Source: Cladosporium halotolerans
Taxonomy: Eukaryota
Direction of reading: 5' to 3'
Length of the DNA: 60,964 bases
Assembly: GCF_011745625.1 (NCBI RefSeq)
Contig: NW_027191472.1
Location: 372,001 to 432,964, forward strand
Shown here piece after piece: positions 1-12,100 of this stretch (its first letter is position 1; every line of letters starts with the position of its first letter). The notes below the pieces were generated by a model. That model did no database searches. It was given only the letters and a program-made list of their open reading frames with translations, and was not told where the DNA came from. The translations under genes were made by a program, and so were the position numbers.

Positions 1-668
1 GGGAGCCAGGTGGATTTGGAGGGGACAAAGGGGTGTGGGTGCCAGAGGGCGGAGTGGTGGCCGGTGGTGGTTTTGGAGGGTTGGGTGGCGGCTAGGAGGA
101 GGCCAAGTAGGAAGATGCTCAGGGCGTAGGGAACTCTGGGGAAGAGGGTGGTGAGGATGAGGAGTATGAAGGCGGCGATAGCGAGGAGCCTGTTGTCCAG
201 AGCAGGTGTGTGCCATCCTAGGGGTTGGATTAGGGAGGTTCCGGCGCTGATTGCCAGGCTGAGTCCGGCGCCGACTTGGATGCCTTTGACGACAGGGACA
301 GGCACCACCCTGTGTAGCCAGTGTAGTAGACCAGTCACACTGAGTAGTAAGACAGCGAAGGAGACTATCAAGCCAGCGGCGGCGGTCTCTTCTTTGCTGA
401 ACTTTTGGCTGATTGCTACGGCGGCGATGGCTTTCATTGGCTGCACCGGCAGAGGTACTCCGAAGAAGGCGCCAGTGAGGATGTTGGCGAGGCCGGAGAA
501 AACCAGTGTGCTGGCCAGATCGATTGAACCGCCTATGCTCAGAGCGATCATCAACGGCAGAAGGGTGCCAAGATCACCCAAGGAGCCGGACAGCTCCGCC
601 AAAGGTGCATCGCGCAGGGTTCTGAGGTTGTGCTTCGCTACCGCCTGCAGACGCGAGCGGAGTTCCAT
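1..668 (-). CDS. Molybdate transporter, MOT1 family (3' end runs off the window)
   Basis: Not in the ORF track because it is open-ended. Reading from ATG at 668 gives MELRSRLQAVAKHNLRTL...ELSGSLGDLGTLLPLMIAL...GVPLPVQPMKAIAAVAI, which contains the GDLGT and PVQPMK motifs of MOT1 transporters and is hydrophobic. Confidence 0.85.
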   Translation of the reverse strand, partial: MELRSRLQAVAKHNLRTLRDAPLAELSGSLGDLGTLLPLMIALSIGGSIDLASTLVFSGLANILTGAFFGVPLPVQPMKAIAAVAISQKFSKEETAAAGLIVSFAVLLLSVTGLLHWLHRVVPVPVVKGIQVGAGLSLAISAGTSLIQPLGWHTPALDNRLLAIAAFILLILTTLFPRVPYALSIFLLGLLLAATQPSKTTTGHHSALWHPHPFVPSKSTWL

Positions 669-1128
669 GGTTGCTGCAGGAGCTGAGCAGCGCTGCGAGA
701 CACCGTTATGATTTCAGGAAAATAGTTGTTATAGGAAATACCGCCTTATCTCCATCTCCCGGAGAAAGCAATTGAGGTTACGGAAGTGACTAAAGATAAG
801 ATGCGAGAGTCAGACTGATGAATCGAGCCCGGCGTCACGCGGCATTTGACGTGGTGTCTCCACCTGCAAGCTGCATGTGCCATGGGTGCTGACCGCACCT
901 GTGCTTTCCCACCATGACTTTGTGCAACACCGAGCGGTACACAATGCGAGACGTCGCGATCGTTACCAGAGCCACTGAAGTTGTTCATTCATTGCCTTTT
1001 GACCCATGTTTTAGCCTAGCAGCGAATGCAGATGCGGAGGGCTACTTCCGCCAGCTACGTCCACCAGCGACTGTGCCCACACTCCGACCCAGCACTCATC
1101 CACGTGACAACCTCCCAACAGTCCTGCA

Positions 1129-1932
1129 TTAGGGTAACGAATCGTCGCCCTCTCCACCCTCGCCTCCATTCTCATCCTCACTCTCGCTGCTACCCTCCTC
1201 CCTCTCCTCTTCCAACCCCATCAACTTTCCAGTCACCCCCAGCACGCCCTCGCCCTGCTCCTTCCCAAGCACTCCCTCCTCGACTGCGAGTTTGATACAG
1301 TCGCGCGCTTCTGTCATGTGCTCGTAGCAGTCCTCGCGCTCGCTGCACGCCAGCACCAAGCTGGCGTGCGCACGCATCATGAGCGGTAGGTCGGCGTGCT
1401 TGCCGTGCGCGGTGAGGAGCGTGCTGGCGATGTGCGCGGCGTCGGTGGAGGGTGTGGTGGTCTTGGAGTCGTTGTTTCCGGAGGTGGTGGCGGACTGGGA
1501 TTGGGCGAGCATCATCTAGCGATGGTGGTTAGTATGATGGTTGGGGTGGGAGGGGGGAAGGGAGAGGCAGGGACGTACGGAGTTGTGCAGATCGATGTAG
1601 GTCTTTAGGCGGGGGCTGGTCTCATCTTCGGAGGTTGAGGCCTTTGATTCATCCTTGCTGTGCGTTGCTGTCTCGATCTTGACAGGAGTGATGGTAACGG
1701 TGGGCTGCTGGTTTTCGTCCGTCGGAGGCATATCATTGGTAGAGTGGTCAGATAGGCTGGTGCCTTTCGCGTTGCTGTTCGCGATTTGCTCGTTCTGTTG
1801 CTGGACCTTATTACTGGCGTGAGGTTCCTTCGTGGTTGACGGTTCGTGGGCGATGGCAGTTGCGTCTGTGGCAGGTTGAAGGCAACGCTCCTTCCCTTTG
1901 TCAGCCGGAGCTTGGTCGTTGGAGGTGTTCAT
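1129..1932 (-). CDS. Hypothetical protein, 2 exons (intron 1516-1578)
   Basis: Two abutting in-frame ORFs are joined by a 63-nt intron (GTACGT...CTAAC...TAG). The N-terminus is low complexity and the C-terminus is helical and acidic. Confidence 0.65.
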
Positions 1933-2416
1933 GTCGGCGGCGGGTCTTGATACTGCAAAGAGTGAGAGAAACAGACTGAGAGCTCGTTTGCTGAATTCCG
2001 GCGATTGGGGCTTGTTGTTTATCGAACGAATTTCCTGAGTTTAACAAGAGGCATGTGAAAAGCGTCCGCACGTGACATGCGACGGCGGGCTCGACGGCAG
2101 TCTTGTACATGAGATATAAGTACATGAGATCGAGAGTTGACAAAAAACGTACGTCCACAAATCGGTCACAAGACGCGCTGGTCTCGACCGCTGTGCTCGC
2201 AAGGTGAAGTGATTTGAAGATCTCAGCTCTACCGAAACGAGTCTCGCGATTCATCGGTAGTACGTATACTCAAATATGTACGAGCTCCCAACAACAGCCA
2301 AGGAGCACAAAGTGAAAGTGGGTATATAACACCAGAACGACGAAGACCCCTATTGCCTCTGCAAAAGAAATTCCCAAACGCCACATCATGCATAAGCCAT
2401 TGGCAATACTGTCCAT

Positions 2417-4039
2417 CTAATCCTCCCACGGGAAGTCCGCATCCTCCACTCTATTGCAAGTCAAGTAACCCAACCCAGCCGGTCCGAACATGGTCAGGTC
2501 CAGCTCGAGGAAATTGCGCATCAATGGCCTGACAGCGTCCCGCGCCAAATTCTTCACCTCGTCCATTCTTCGCTCAAAGCGTCGCAGGTTGTCGCGCGTG
2601 TAGAGGTCTGGCGAGAGCTTGAGGAAGCGCTTGAGCTCGTCGTGCGGTAGGTACGAGGAGGCAGACGTCGAGCCGATGAGGCGGTATATCTTCCCTGTGT
2701 TGAGGGGACCGCTGGGCTGAGGATTGCTAGGCGGAGGCGGGACGCGCTGAGAGGCGAGGTGGTTCGTACTCCTACTTGCATTGCTCCTCGAATTGCTGCG
2801 GGATTCAGATGCGTTAGGTCGGACGGGTTCTTTCAGAATGCCGCTTGGGCCTGGTGTGGTATTCTCGGCGATCCATTGACGGAACAGACTCATAGCTAGC
2901 CAACTTAGGTAGTCGTTCGCTGGGGTGACACGCTCACCCCGGCTTGTTGTCAGAGTCAGACGCCAGAGCTTCATCTCCACGCGAGTCTTGCTCTCTTCCA
3001 GCTCATCGTACTTGTCTTCGATCAAGTCCATTACTGCAGCGTCGACTTGGTTGTTGAGTTGCGGTCGCGCTAGAGGCCATTGTCCGACCACATGAATGAG
3101 TGCTTCAGCGAAAATGGTGCGTGATCGGGCAAGGTAGCCCAGCTTAAGGTACGAAGGTGGATACTTCGCTATCTGCTTGAGCAACCTGGCGCCGAAGCGG
3201 AGCAGATGATGATCGACGCGCGTGCCAACAATCTCCAGCGCGTCGTACATGTCCGCCAAGTGGAGAAGGGCCTTGCATTCGGTGTAGGCGGTCGCGATAT
3301 TTACATTATCCAGAACGGGCGGGTACTGATACATCGTGCGAAACAAGTTGTCGTAATCCTTGAGTACTTCATCGCCAGGCTCAGTGGTAACACTCTGAGG
3401 TGTGCTTTCATTCAGATTCAGGGCCGAGAAATTGGTCATGCTCCGGAAAAAGCCTTCGTTCGACGTAGGGGGCTTATTGCGCACAGCTGGCGGGCCTTCT
3501 GCGCCGCCAAAAATCGAAGGCGGAGAGATATCCTGCACGAGCATAGGAACATCCTCGTCTCCAGCCGAGCGCCAATCCAAAATATAACTCCAACGCTTCT
3601 TCGGCTGCTCAATCGACGGCCTCCGATCCGTACTGCTGGTGCGCGTGCTGCTGCTGCCGGCCACGCTGCTTTCTCCAATAGGCGGCAGCCCATTTGCGCT
3701 CCGTATATCGTCCATGGCCCCTACGCGACTCCACTCGGCTCGCATACCAGCTTCGAAGAATCCTGAACATTGGCTCAAGATAAGACGGTGCAGCAAGTAT
3801 CTGTATTCCCTCCTGCCGCTGGCGTTTCTGAGCACGATCTCGACGTCGCCCGAGTGAGAGAAGACGGGAAACTCATTCTGTGGGACATGTCCGTTTGCGC
3901 CGCCATGATGTGTGCGCGCATGTCTGTGCCGTCTTGTCGCCGACCTGCCGGATGCGACTGAGGATGCGCGAGGCGCCGGAGCGCCGGAGGTGGGCGCTGG
4001 TATGTCGCCGTAGACCGGCGCCGGGTGTCGGGAGACCAT
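2417..4039 (-). CDS. Conserved fungal BTB/POZ-like domain protein
   Basis: 540-aa ORF with a BTB-like start (SGDVEIVL...YLLHRLILSQCSGFFEAGM) and later LLHLADMYDAL / IFAEALIHVVG helices typical of fungal BTB proteins. Confidence 0.7.
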   Translation of the reverse strand: MVSRHPAPVYGDIPAPTSGAPAPRASSVASGRSATRRHRHARTHHGGANGHVPQNEFPVFSHSGDVEIVLRNASGRREYRYLLHRLILSQCSGFFEAGMRAEWSRVGAMDDIRSANGLPPIGESSVAGSSSTRTSSTDRRPSIEQPKKRWSYILDWRSAGDEDVPMLVQDISPPSIFGGAEGPPAVRNKPPTSNEGFFRSMTNFSALNLNESTPQSVTTEPGDEVLKDYDNLFRTMYQYPPVLDNVNIATAYTECKALLHLADMYDALEIVGTRVDHHLLRFGARLLKQIAKYPPSYLKLGYLARSRTIFAEALIHVVGQWPLARPQLNNQVDAAVMDLIEDKYDELEESKTRVEMKLWRLTLTTSRGERVTPANDYLSWLAMSLFRQWIAENTTPGPSGILKEPVRPNASESRSNSRSNASRSTNHLASQRVPPPPSNPQPSGPLNTGKIYRLIGSTSASSYLPHDELKRFLKLSPDLYTRDNLRRFERRMDEVKNLARDAVRPLMRNFLELDLTMFGPAGLGYLTCNRVEDADFPWED

Positions 4040-4631
4040 GACGGCGATATGAAAGCGTGCACACGGCGGTGCAGGCTATGCGCTGGAGGTCTAGGTGCCT
4101 TTGCGATCGGGTCCTGGGAGACTTCTCGTTGCGAGGCGCATGTCTTTCGGCTGGCGGATCATAGTCTGCCGTGCGTCTTCACGGGCATATGGCGGTAGTG
4201 GCGAAGCGACGACATGGAGATCGTGGCGAGAGGACTCGGTAAGGACAGGGTGGGAGGAAGAAGGCCAGTGTTAGCAGGGAGGACGAGGTGGACTCAGTGC
4301 CGACCATGGCCTCGTGCGAGGCGCCGTCCGTTAAGCGAGTCAAGGCCCCGCAGCAGCCAAACAGCTGCTGGGTGGCGTTGCCCTGCGCCTGTCCAGACGC
4401 CGTCCCTTGCATCTGACTGGCTGCAGCCAGGCACGCCGTCGAAGCCAACCATACCACAACCTGCTATATACTGATCCGTCGTCGAAACAGGCGATACTTG
4501 AGAGCCGTTCATTGCGAATTGGTACTATCCGACGGCGACATATCAGCTTGAGCCTATTTGACAACAGCATCGACACACCATACTCTACACAGTTCCTCAG
4601 ACACTCTGAGCCATCCATGTTCGATCTCCAA

Positions 4632-5522
4632 TCAGATCCTCTTACCAGCTCCCCTGTTCAGCATCGCGCGATAGTCTCCCCATACATCCTTCACAGTACC
4701 AGCTTTGCAACCCCTCCTACCCTCAAGATCAACGGCCCGCATGCTCTCAAGCAAATCTGTCTCGCTAACCTCTCTCGCCAACGCTTTCCGCTCCTGTCCG
4801 GGAAGCGTGGCAGTCTTGTACTTGGGCGTGTAGAACTCGTCGAACGGCGCTTGAGGTCCATCCTGTAATTCCGACACACCTATGTCTCCCTCGTCAGCAG
4901 CAGGCGGACCATAAAACACCTTCGTCCCAGCGGGCACTCTCTCCAAAATCTCCGTAGCAAGACGAAAGAAGCCAGGAAACTTCCGCGTCGGATTAGCCGG
5001 CTCCGTAACCCCAAAGCCACCATCACCTCCATCCCCATCCCCATCCTCATCCTCATCCTCACCCTCCTCCCTCTCCTCCACATCCGGCAACACCAGCGCC
5101 CTCAACCTCAACCTCCTCAGCGCCGTCAGCGCCGTGAACGCCTCGAAATCCACCGTATCGTACCCCCTCCACAGCACCGCCGTGCAATCCAGCAGCACGC
5201 ACAGGCGCTCCAGCTTCCCCAGCACGCGCTGCGGCAGCCGCGCCTCGTTGATCGCCGGCCACGCCGTGTCGTGCGCGTCGACCGCGATGTGCACCGTGTT
5301 CTCCACGTACAGGGTGCTGGCGGCTTCGGAGTGGATTTGCCGGTTCGTGGCGAGCAGGGCGGGCGAGATGGAGGGGGTCACGGCGTGGCGTTTGCTGGGC
5401 GTGCGGTGGAGGTAGAGGGTTCCTGTGGGGGCTAGGGCGAAGGAGTAGATCCGCAGGCGGAGCTCGGCGGGGAGGGAGAGGAGGCGGCAGGGTGGTGGGG
5501 TTTGTTCTTGGGCGTCCATCAT
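4632..5522 (-). CDS. F-box-like domain protein
   Basis: PCRLLSLPAELRLRIYSFAL N-terminal motif and PALLATNRQIHSEA motif. The likely start is MMDAQEQ (ATG 5522 or 5519). Confidence 0.7.
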   Translation of the reverse strand: MMDAQEQTPPPCRLLSLPAELRLRIYSFALAPTGTLYLHRTPSKRHAVTPSISPALLATNRQIHSEAASTLYVENTVHIAVDAHDTAWPAINEARLPQRVLGKLERLCVLLDCTAVLWRGYDTVDFEAFTALTALRRLRLRALVLPDVEEREEGEDEDEDGDGDGGDGGFGVTEPANPTRKFPGFFRLATEILERVPAGTKVFYGPPAADEGDIGVSELQDGPQAPFDEFYTPKYKTATLPGQERKALAREVSETDLLESMRAVDLEGRRGCKAGTVKDVWGDYRAMLNRGAGKRI

Positions 5523-6226
5523 TCGGAGGAGGTTTTGGTCAAGGCTGGAGTTTCGGATTGCTGTTGCGCTGTCGAGAAGTGGTGTACGGTCCGTGGTGGG
5601 AAACACGAGTACGGATTCTCTCTTGATGCTTTGCTAATTTCGACGGCGGTTTTGGAGGCGAATGCAAGGGCACCGGTAATGCAGTCCTGAGCTGGATATT
5701 CCTGATCGTAAGAGGCCTCTATGAGGTGTTCGAAATAGTGGAAGTGTTGGGCGGGGGCGTTTGTTGATACTTTGCCAATTTGGGCAGCGTCGAAAAAGGC
5801 GAGCGGACGCGAAGGATCAAGCTTGCTTCACAAGGGCGCCACTCAAGCATAGCACATCGTGAACATTGGAATGGGTCCTCCGGGTGCTTGACACCTAGTT
5901 CACGAGTTTTAATGATTGTTCGAAAGAGAGGGAAGTTATGCGAATGAATAGATCAGGTATGTTAGGTATCTTATGCATGCTTTAAAGCTCCAATGCGCCT
6001 CGCTCAATGATATGTACAATTGTCTGCCGTGTCGGATGCCATGCCATGGCTGTGAATCTGTTTCTTCTGTGAAACCGTACTGTAAGTTCCGTATCGCGCA
6101 ACGGATGATCGACGGTATGGTAAGCAGCCCTCGTGTCCTTCCCTCGGACACATGTCACCGGGCAGCAGGCCACCAGCTTTCATGTTAGCCGTGACCTGGT
6201 CGTCGGCTCGATGTCTCTGCGCGAGC

Positions 6227-6790
6227 TCAATTGGCAGGCCTCGAACCGCTTGCGTCACTGCCATTTGGCTGCACAGTCTGCTCATAGTCCGGAGGCTTCA
6301 AGCCTGCCTGCTCCCGCGACAAGGCCTGCATCGGTATCGCCGGCTCCCCAGGCCTTGCCTGCCCTTGCGTATTCGGTCCACCCGCTTGCGAAGCACCATT
6401 ATTATCCGTCGCTTGATCGTCTTTAGGCATGTACGGCGGAGGCGCCTCGCCGTTCTCGTCCAGCCCTTCCTCTCTGCTAGCCTGCGCGGTCCTGAACCCG
6501 TTGTTGTTCCAATATCGCCTTCGGTAGCGCATGTTGTCCCATTCTCGCGAAACGCTTTGAGGGAAAGCAGAGTTCTGGTGGTTCTGATAGATCTGCAGCG
6601 CCGCTTTCCTCCTCCGCCAAACGAAGTAGGCGCACAAGCCTGCGATGCATACGAGTAGGGCGAAGAAGACGAAATAGTAGTTCATGATACCGCGATTGTC
6701 GTCGCTGTCGCTGCCGCCCTCGTTGTTTACGTCATCGATGGACGTTGGCGATTGCCTAGGGAAAAGGAAAACGGGAGTCGGCGGCGCCAT
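6227..6790 (-). CDS. Small single-pass membrane protein with PY motifs
   Basis: One TM helix (YYFVFFALLVCIAGLCAYFVW) followed by RRRK, then EEGLDENGEAPPPY and KPPDY motifs. First ATG is at 6790. Confidence 0.7.
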   Translation of the reverse strand: MAPPTPVFLFPRQSPTSIDDVNNEGGSDSDDNRGIMNYYFVFFALLVCIAGLCAYFVWRRRKAALQIYQNHQNSAFPQSVSREWDNMRYRRRYWNNNGFRTAQASREEGLDENGEAPPPYMPKDDQATDNNGASQAGGPNTQGQARPGEPAIPMQALSREQAGLKPPDYEQTVQPNGSDASGSRPAN

Positions 6791-7415
6791 AGCCTCAGCA
6801 CTGGCGGATGTGGCGGGTGTGAGGGATTGAGGTAGTAATGAGAGGTCGGTTGACTGAGGCAAGCCTCAGTCGTACAGAGGAGAATGCGTAGACGGTGTCA
6901 GGTCGTTCAAGAGAGGGACCGTTCGACTCAGGGATCCCAGCTCGCTTATCGGTGCCACGAGGTCGATCCAGGGACAAAGATCATTGTCGAGCTCGACAGC
7001 GGTCGATGCTGGTGACGAGCGTGTGCCGACGACAGAACGGTCGGGCACAGGCCAGGCTAGGAGGATTGGTATGTCATCGTGGTCGAGTGGCGAGAGGGCG
7101 CGAAAGAACGTCGCGGGAAAGCAAGAAACGGGCGGTGCATGGCAGAGGCGTTGCGTAACGGGCGGCCAGAGTCAAGCGACGAAGGATCGGCGGCGGGGAG
7201 AAGCTTTGCTTGGCTCCCGCTTTGCCGGCCCGGCGCAGGAGCTGCCACTGCCATCCGGGCTCCGGCACGCTGCGAGATGCTGTAGGAAGCATTTGGTGCA
7301 TGTGATATCGAGAGATTACAGAGCTACTCCAGCCTGCCCGCCAGCCAGCCCAGCCACGCTCCCAGTATCATTCCTGCACCGGTCGTCGATCTCCACCTTC
7401 GCAAGCCTCGTGATC

Positions 7416-7748
7416 ATGCCCCGCGCCTCCGCAGGTACAACAGGCCCTTGCTACAAATGTGAGCCAGCATGCTGACATGCAGTGTCTTCCAGGTGTGCTG
7501 GTAGAGTGTGACGCATCCATCAAGGCTATCATAGTCAAGATCAACTCCGAGAACCAGAACATCTACATCATCGAGGACATCGACGACGAGCACGTTCTCA
7601 TCCAGGCTGCAAAGCACGATGAGCTGAAGGCAAGACTGAATGCGGTGTGTCTAGATTCTACTTTACTCACGATCTGTCGAATAGTACTGACACAACGCAG
7701 GCACTCAAAGACACCGTCCGCGAGCCTGAGGAGTCTGAGTCCGAGTGA
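7416..7748 (+). CDS. TFB5: TFIIH subunit Tfb5/TTDA, 3 exons (introns 7435-7492, 7645-7700)
   Basis: Spliced product MPRASAGVLVECDASIKAIIVKINSENQNIYIIEDIDDEHVLIQ...ALKDTVREPEESESE. Both introns are canonical with CTGAC branch sites. Confidence 0.92.
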
Positions 7749-7916
7749 TGAGAGCACCAGCGGAAGCCGCCAGCTGCAAGGAGACATGCTCGCCACTCTC
7801 CTGGTCGACTTCTCAAACAATACCGTGCAGAAATTCTATCATAGGACACGGCATACTGTGATCACGGATTGATTTCAATTTGGTCTACATTCACGAAATA
7901 CCCTCAGCATCGTCGC

Positions 7917-8402
7917 TTACGCAACCTCCTCGCTACCAGGCATAGCCTTCAACTGCGCAGCACCCTCCTGCTTCTTCAACCAACTCACGCGCTCAGGCGC
8001 GTAAAGCTCCACAGCCGGCTCAAAGCTGTTGAGAACGCTCAGGTCGTCCAGAATGCCGACCTTGACGACCCTGTTCTCGCCGAACGTCGGCGTCGTGCGC
8101 CACATGTTGGTGCCGCAGTCGCCGCAGAAGGAGGTCGTGACGTCCGCGCCGGAGTCGGCGCGCTTGGCCCACGTCTTGGGCGAGCCGGACGTGATCTTGA
8201 AGCCCTCGTTCGGGATGATGATGTTGGTGCTGTACGCGGAGCCGGAAATCTTCTTGCAGTCGGCGCAGTGGCAGAGGGCCTGTGGAAATAATGTCAGATG
8301 GGTTTTGGGCCATGTTTGCGCGAAAGAGACGCATACCTTAGCCGAAGGCTCGCTGTCCCACTCGACGCGGACCTTGCCGCAGGCGCATCCTCCCTTAGGC
8401 AT
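7917..8402 (-). CDS. GFA / CENP-V (Mss4-like) Zn-binding protein (intron 8280-8336)
   Basis: GGCACG...CHCADCKK...FCGDCGT cysteine pattern. The 57-nt intron reads GTATGC...CTGAC...CAG. Confidence 0.9.
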   Translation of the reverse strand: MPKGGCACGKVRVEWDSEPSAKVCVSFAQTWPKTHLTLFPQALCHCADCKKISGSAYSTNIIIPNEGFKITSGSPKTWAKRADSGADVTTSFCGDCGTNMWRTTPTFGENRVVKVGILDDLSVLNSFEPAVELYAPERVSWLKKQEGAAQLKAMPGSEEVA

Positions 8403-9186
8403 TTTGAATATAAAGCGTAGATGAACTTGAAATGTGATTGGGCAGGCGTGTTCAGAAGAAATCACCACAATGAAAGGACCTCGATGGCCACGCAATCGCA
8501 CCCCGAGTACTTATACCTTCACTCGCTCGCACCCACATGGCGGGGCTACGTTTCGCTTTGCTCTCGCGCGCGCGAGAGCAGGCGGGGTAAAAGCACCGAG
8601 GGGGAACAGAGCGCGGCGATGTCATCGCTCTCGCTCAGCAACTGGCCCACCCTCACGCCCGAAAGCGCTGGCGGGTGGAGATTGGCGCGTGCGAGATCAG
8701 CGCGCGATTGGAGCGTAGCAGCGTAGGCGCTGCGATGATTTGAGATTGTGAGAGAGCTGCTGACTGACCCCGCGGCTTGGAGGATTGGGCATGGCTTTCG
8801 GTGCGCCTCGGCTGCTTGGACGCTGGTGGTCGCTGACCGCTTCGCGTCTTTGGGAGGGACGGCTTATGATTGAGGGAATACAACGCATGTAAGAGTCGTC
8901 AAGGGGAGCGAAAGAGCGACATCGAGGAGCGAGAGGATGGTCAGCACGCGTGGGAAGATGCGCATTTCCGCGGTGGCAGATGATGATCGCTGCGGACAGC
9001 TTTGACGTCGATTCTTCTGGAGCCGTGAGGCGAGTCAGATCAACTACGACGCAGGTAATTTATCTTTCACGATTTTCTTGAAGTTATACGAACTATTGTA
9101 CAGTGCCATTCGATATGCTTTCTTTGCGCCGCGAGTCAAAGTAGACGTGATAGAATCGACCGAACAGGAACAATCCAAGGACGACA

Positions 9187-12100
9187 TCAGTCAAGCAAGC
9201 TGAAATTTTCCGACGAGATGCCCCCAGTGCCACTGTGGTGTCCTTCATTCTTGCCTCCCTCCTTCAAGGTCATTGCATCAACACCCTCCGCAGCATCATC
9301 AATGTCAACAAGCTTGGAGCCTGCCGCGGACTTGGCCGTAGGAGACAGGCGAACATCCGAAAGAGGTCTTGCCATTGCGGCAGCGTAGCGAGCCGACTCC
9401 GACTCCGCAAATGAGTGCCAGGATTCGCAAGACTTGGACGACTCAGACGAGGGCCGCTGTGGAAGATATCCCTTCTTCTTGCATGCGTTGCAAACGCAAG
9501 TTTGACCGCAAAGAGCGTTGCATTTGTGCCCACAGGTGAGAGTGCGCTCACAAGTGTGATGGCAGAGAACACCGGAGTGATCAAAAGGATGGCATGAAAG
9601 CGGGCACAAGTGGCCGCACGGCAGCGCCGCCTCACACTTCTTCTCGCAGCCACCCATAATCTTTTCCCAGTCGCTCGCGTCTTCGATCTCCGTCAACTGG
9701 TTGTGATTCCTGCAACGTAACGGCAGCTTCTCGGCGATTCTATTGGGCTCGATTGCTGGGCGTTCAGCCTTTCTCTTACTCCCGCCGACGATCTCGATGA
9801 CATTCTTCCAGAGCTTGGTGCTGTTGGAGCGGTAGAGAAGCATTCCGTTGCCGAAGATGTAAAAGCCACATTGGGCGCGGGACAGCGCGACGCAGACGCG
9901 ATTCTCGACGCCGAGGAAGCCGATCTGATTCTTCTCGTTGCTGCGCACGAGGGACAAAATGACGACTTTGTTCTCCTCGCCTTGGTAAGAGTCGACTGTC
10001 ACAACGTTGAAGCGTCTGTTGTCAAGAGTGGGAGATCTGCGCAGACTGCTGAGAATGCGTTTGCGCTGACCGTTGTAGAACGTCAACACAGTGATGTCTT
10101 CGCTCTCCAAGCCGTTGTAGACAAGATACTCGACAAAACCGGTAATCATGTCCGCTTCATCCGCGTTGACACATGACATCTGATTGTCCCTGGTCTCCGG
10201 CCATTGATGGGAGAAGAAGAAAGAATTGATGCCACCCATTCCGGGCACATCTGGGCGGTTGGCTGGATTGGAGACGCTCGCGTGGTCCTGAATGAGGTTT
10301 CCGTAGATCGGATACAGCAGGCGGCGAATCTCGGGAATCATCCTGCGCTGCTTCGAAAGTGTATCGAATTCGACTCCATTGGTGACCATACGCTCGAACA
10401 GAGATATGTTGAGAAAGTAAGGTTGGTCCTCGTGTTCTTTCACGTGGCAGTGAGGTCGCAGCTGCTGGTGATCTCCGACGAGAATCAACTGGTGAAGCGA
10501 AGGCACGCATGCAGCGATGACAGGTGCTTCCAAAGTTTCCGCGGCCTCCTCAATCAGAACGATCTTAGGTTGAAGAGCAGCTATCAGGCCCCGGTATTTG
10601 CTTAAGCCAGTGGTTGTCAAGCCGATGATCTTCTGCTCACGCAAAATGTTTTCGTCGTTCTCCCAACCACCTATGCGACGGAGAAGCGATTGCTGATCGT
10701 AGGCCTTGACTTTCTCGCGTAACTTGTCGCGGATGTGCTTCTTCATTTCGGCCTGAAGGTGGCGGTAGACTGCTCCCCTGACGTTCTCCGGTATCTTCCA
10801 GAAGTCCTTCTCTTTGAGGTAGTCCTTCACCTTCTTCTCCGTCATACCAACAACCTTACGACCCGTGAAGTGATCGGCGATGTCGTAAGACACACCCTTT
10901 AGCTCATCAATTTCTTCGTCGTCTTTGGCGAAATTCTCAGCTTCGATCTCTTTGAGTTGTTCATACTCCAAGTCTGCTTCCTCGAAATCGAAGCCGAAGT
11001 CTTGATGCGACTCCTTTGGGTGTGGGACGTGTTCAAGTCCACGGCCGATCCATACTGTAAGAGGAGAGCGATTTGGGTCGCCTAGCGTTGTTTGAACCCA
11101 TTGCGAGGCGCCGCTCTCCAGAGATGCTACTTGCTCCGCGGTGATGAGTCCAAAGTATTCGAACACACGATGGTCAATTGCTTGCTTCTCGAGAGCTTGG
11201 AGAGGCTTCAGTATCTCGACGATCTCTTTTTCAAGGTCCCTCATCTTCTTTCTTGCCCCTGCTCCCGCGCTACCGGCCAGCGCATTGCTCGATTGGGATT
11301 TACGAACTTCGAAGAGGGTTCGCTTCTTAACGACGTCTCTGTCCTTAGATCTGCCGCCGAGACGAACGAAAGATTCTTCAAATGCGGCGATGTGCCGCAA
11401 CAGCTGGTCCAAAGCATGGTTGGTTTGGCAGGTGACGATGATCGGTGGGTCTCCATGCTTCATGTTGGCCAGCATGATTTTGATGGCCTGCACTGAAACA
11501 AAGGTTTTGCCGGTACCTGGAGGTCCTTGGACGATAGCCAACTTCTTCGTCAAGATCCGCCGCAAGGCTGCGGTCTGAGACTTGTCAAGGTCACTCTGAG
11601 GTTGATCCGGCCACGCCCGAAGCATGTCGATGCTCTCGTAAGTTTCGTGCTTATTGTTGACGAACACAGGAGTCAAGTCCATATTCTGCTTGTCTTTGAC
11701 GTAGTTTGGCGCTTCAACGGAAGGTTCGACCTTGACCAGATGCTCTGACAAGGGAAATGGCTCGGTGGCGATCTTTTGGAGGGCCAGTAAGGTGTGCCGC
11801 TCTGCCTCGTAGTAACCAGAACGCTCTTCCACCATTACAAATTTCAATGCAGGATCAATTTCTAGGTCTGAGGCGCACGCAATGAAAAGGTCCAGTTCCG
11901 GTGAGTCGTGGTTGATCAGCGCAAGGGGGCGCGCTGCAACTGTGGCTACGATCGCCTTGTTTTGGAACATGTCGGAAGCAGGGGTGAGTACGACCAGACT
12001 CCCGCTGATGAGCCGTTTGGACTGTTCCCAAATGATCTTCTTTTGCGCGCGAAAGGTGCTGAATGTCACTCGTAATGCGACACCTCTTGTAGAACAAGTG

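Noticed and set aside
148..711. 187-aa + strand ORF
   Set aside because: Antisense shadow of the MOT1 transporter.
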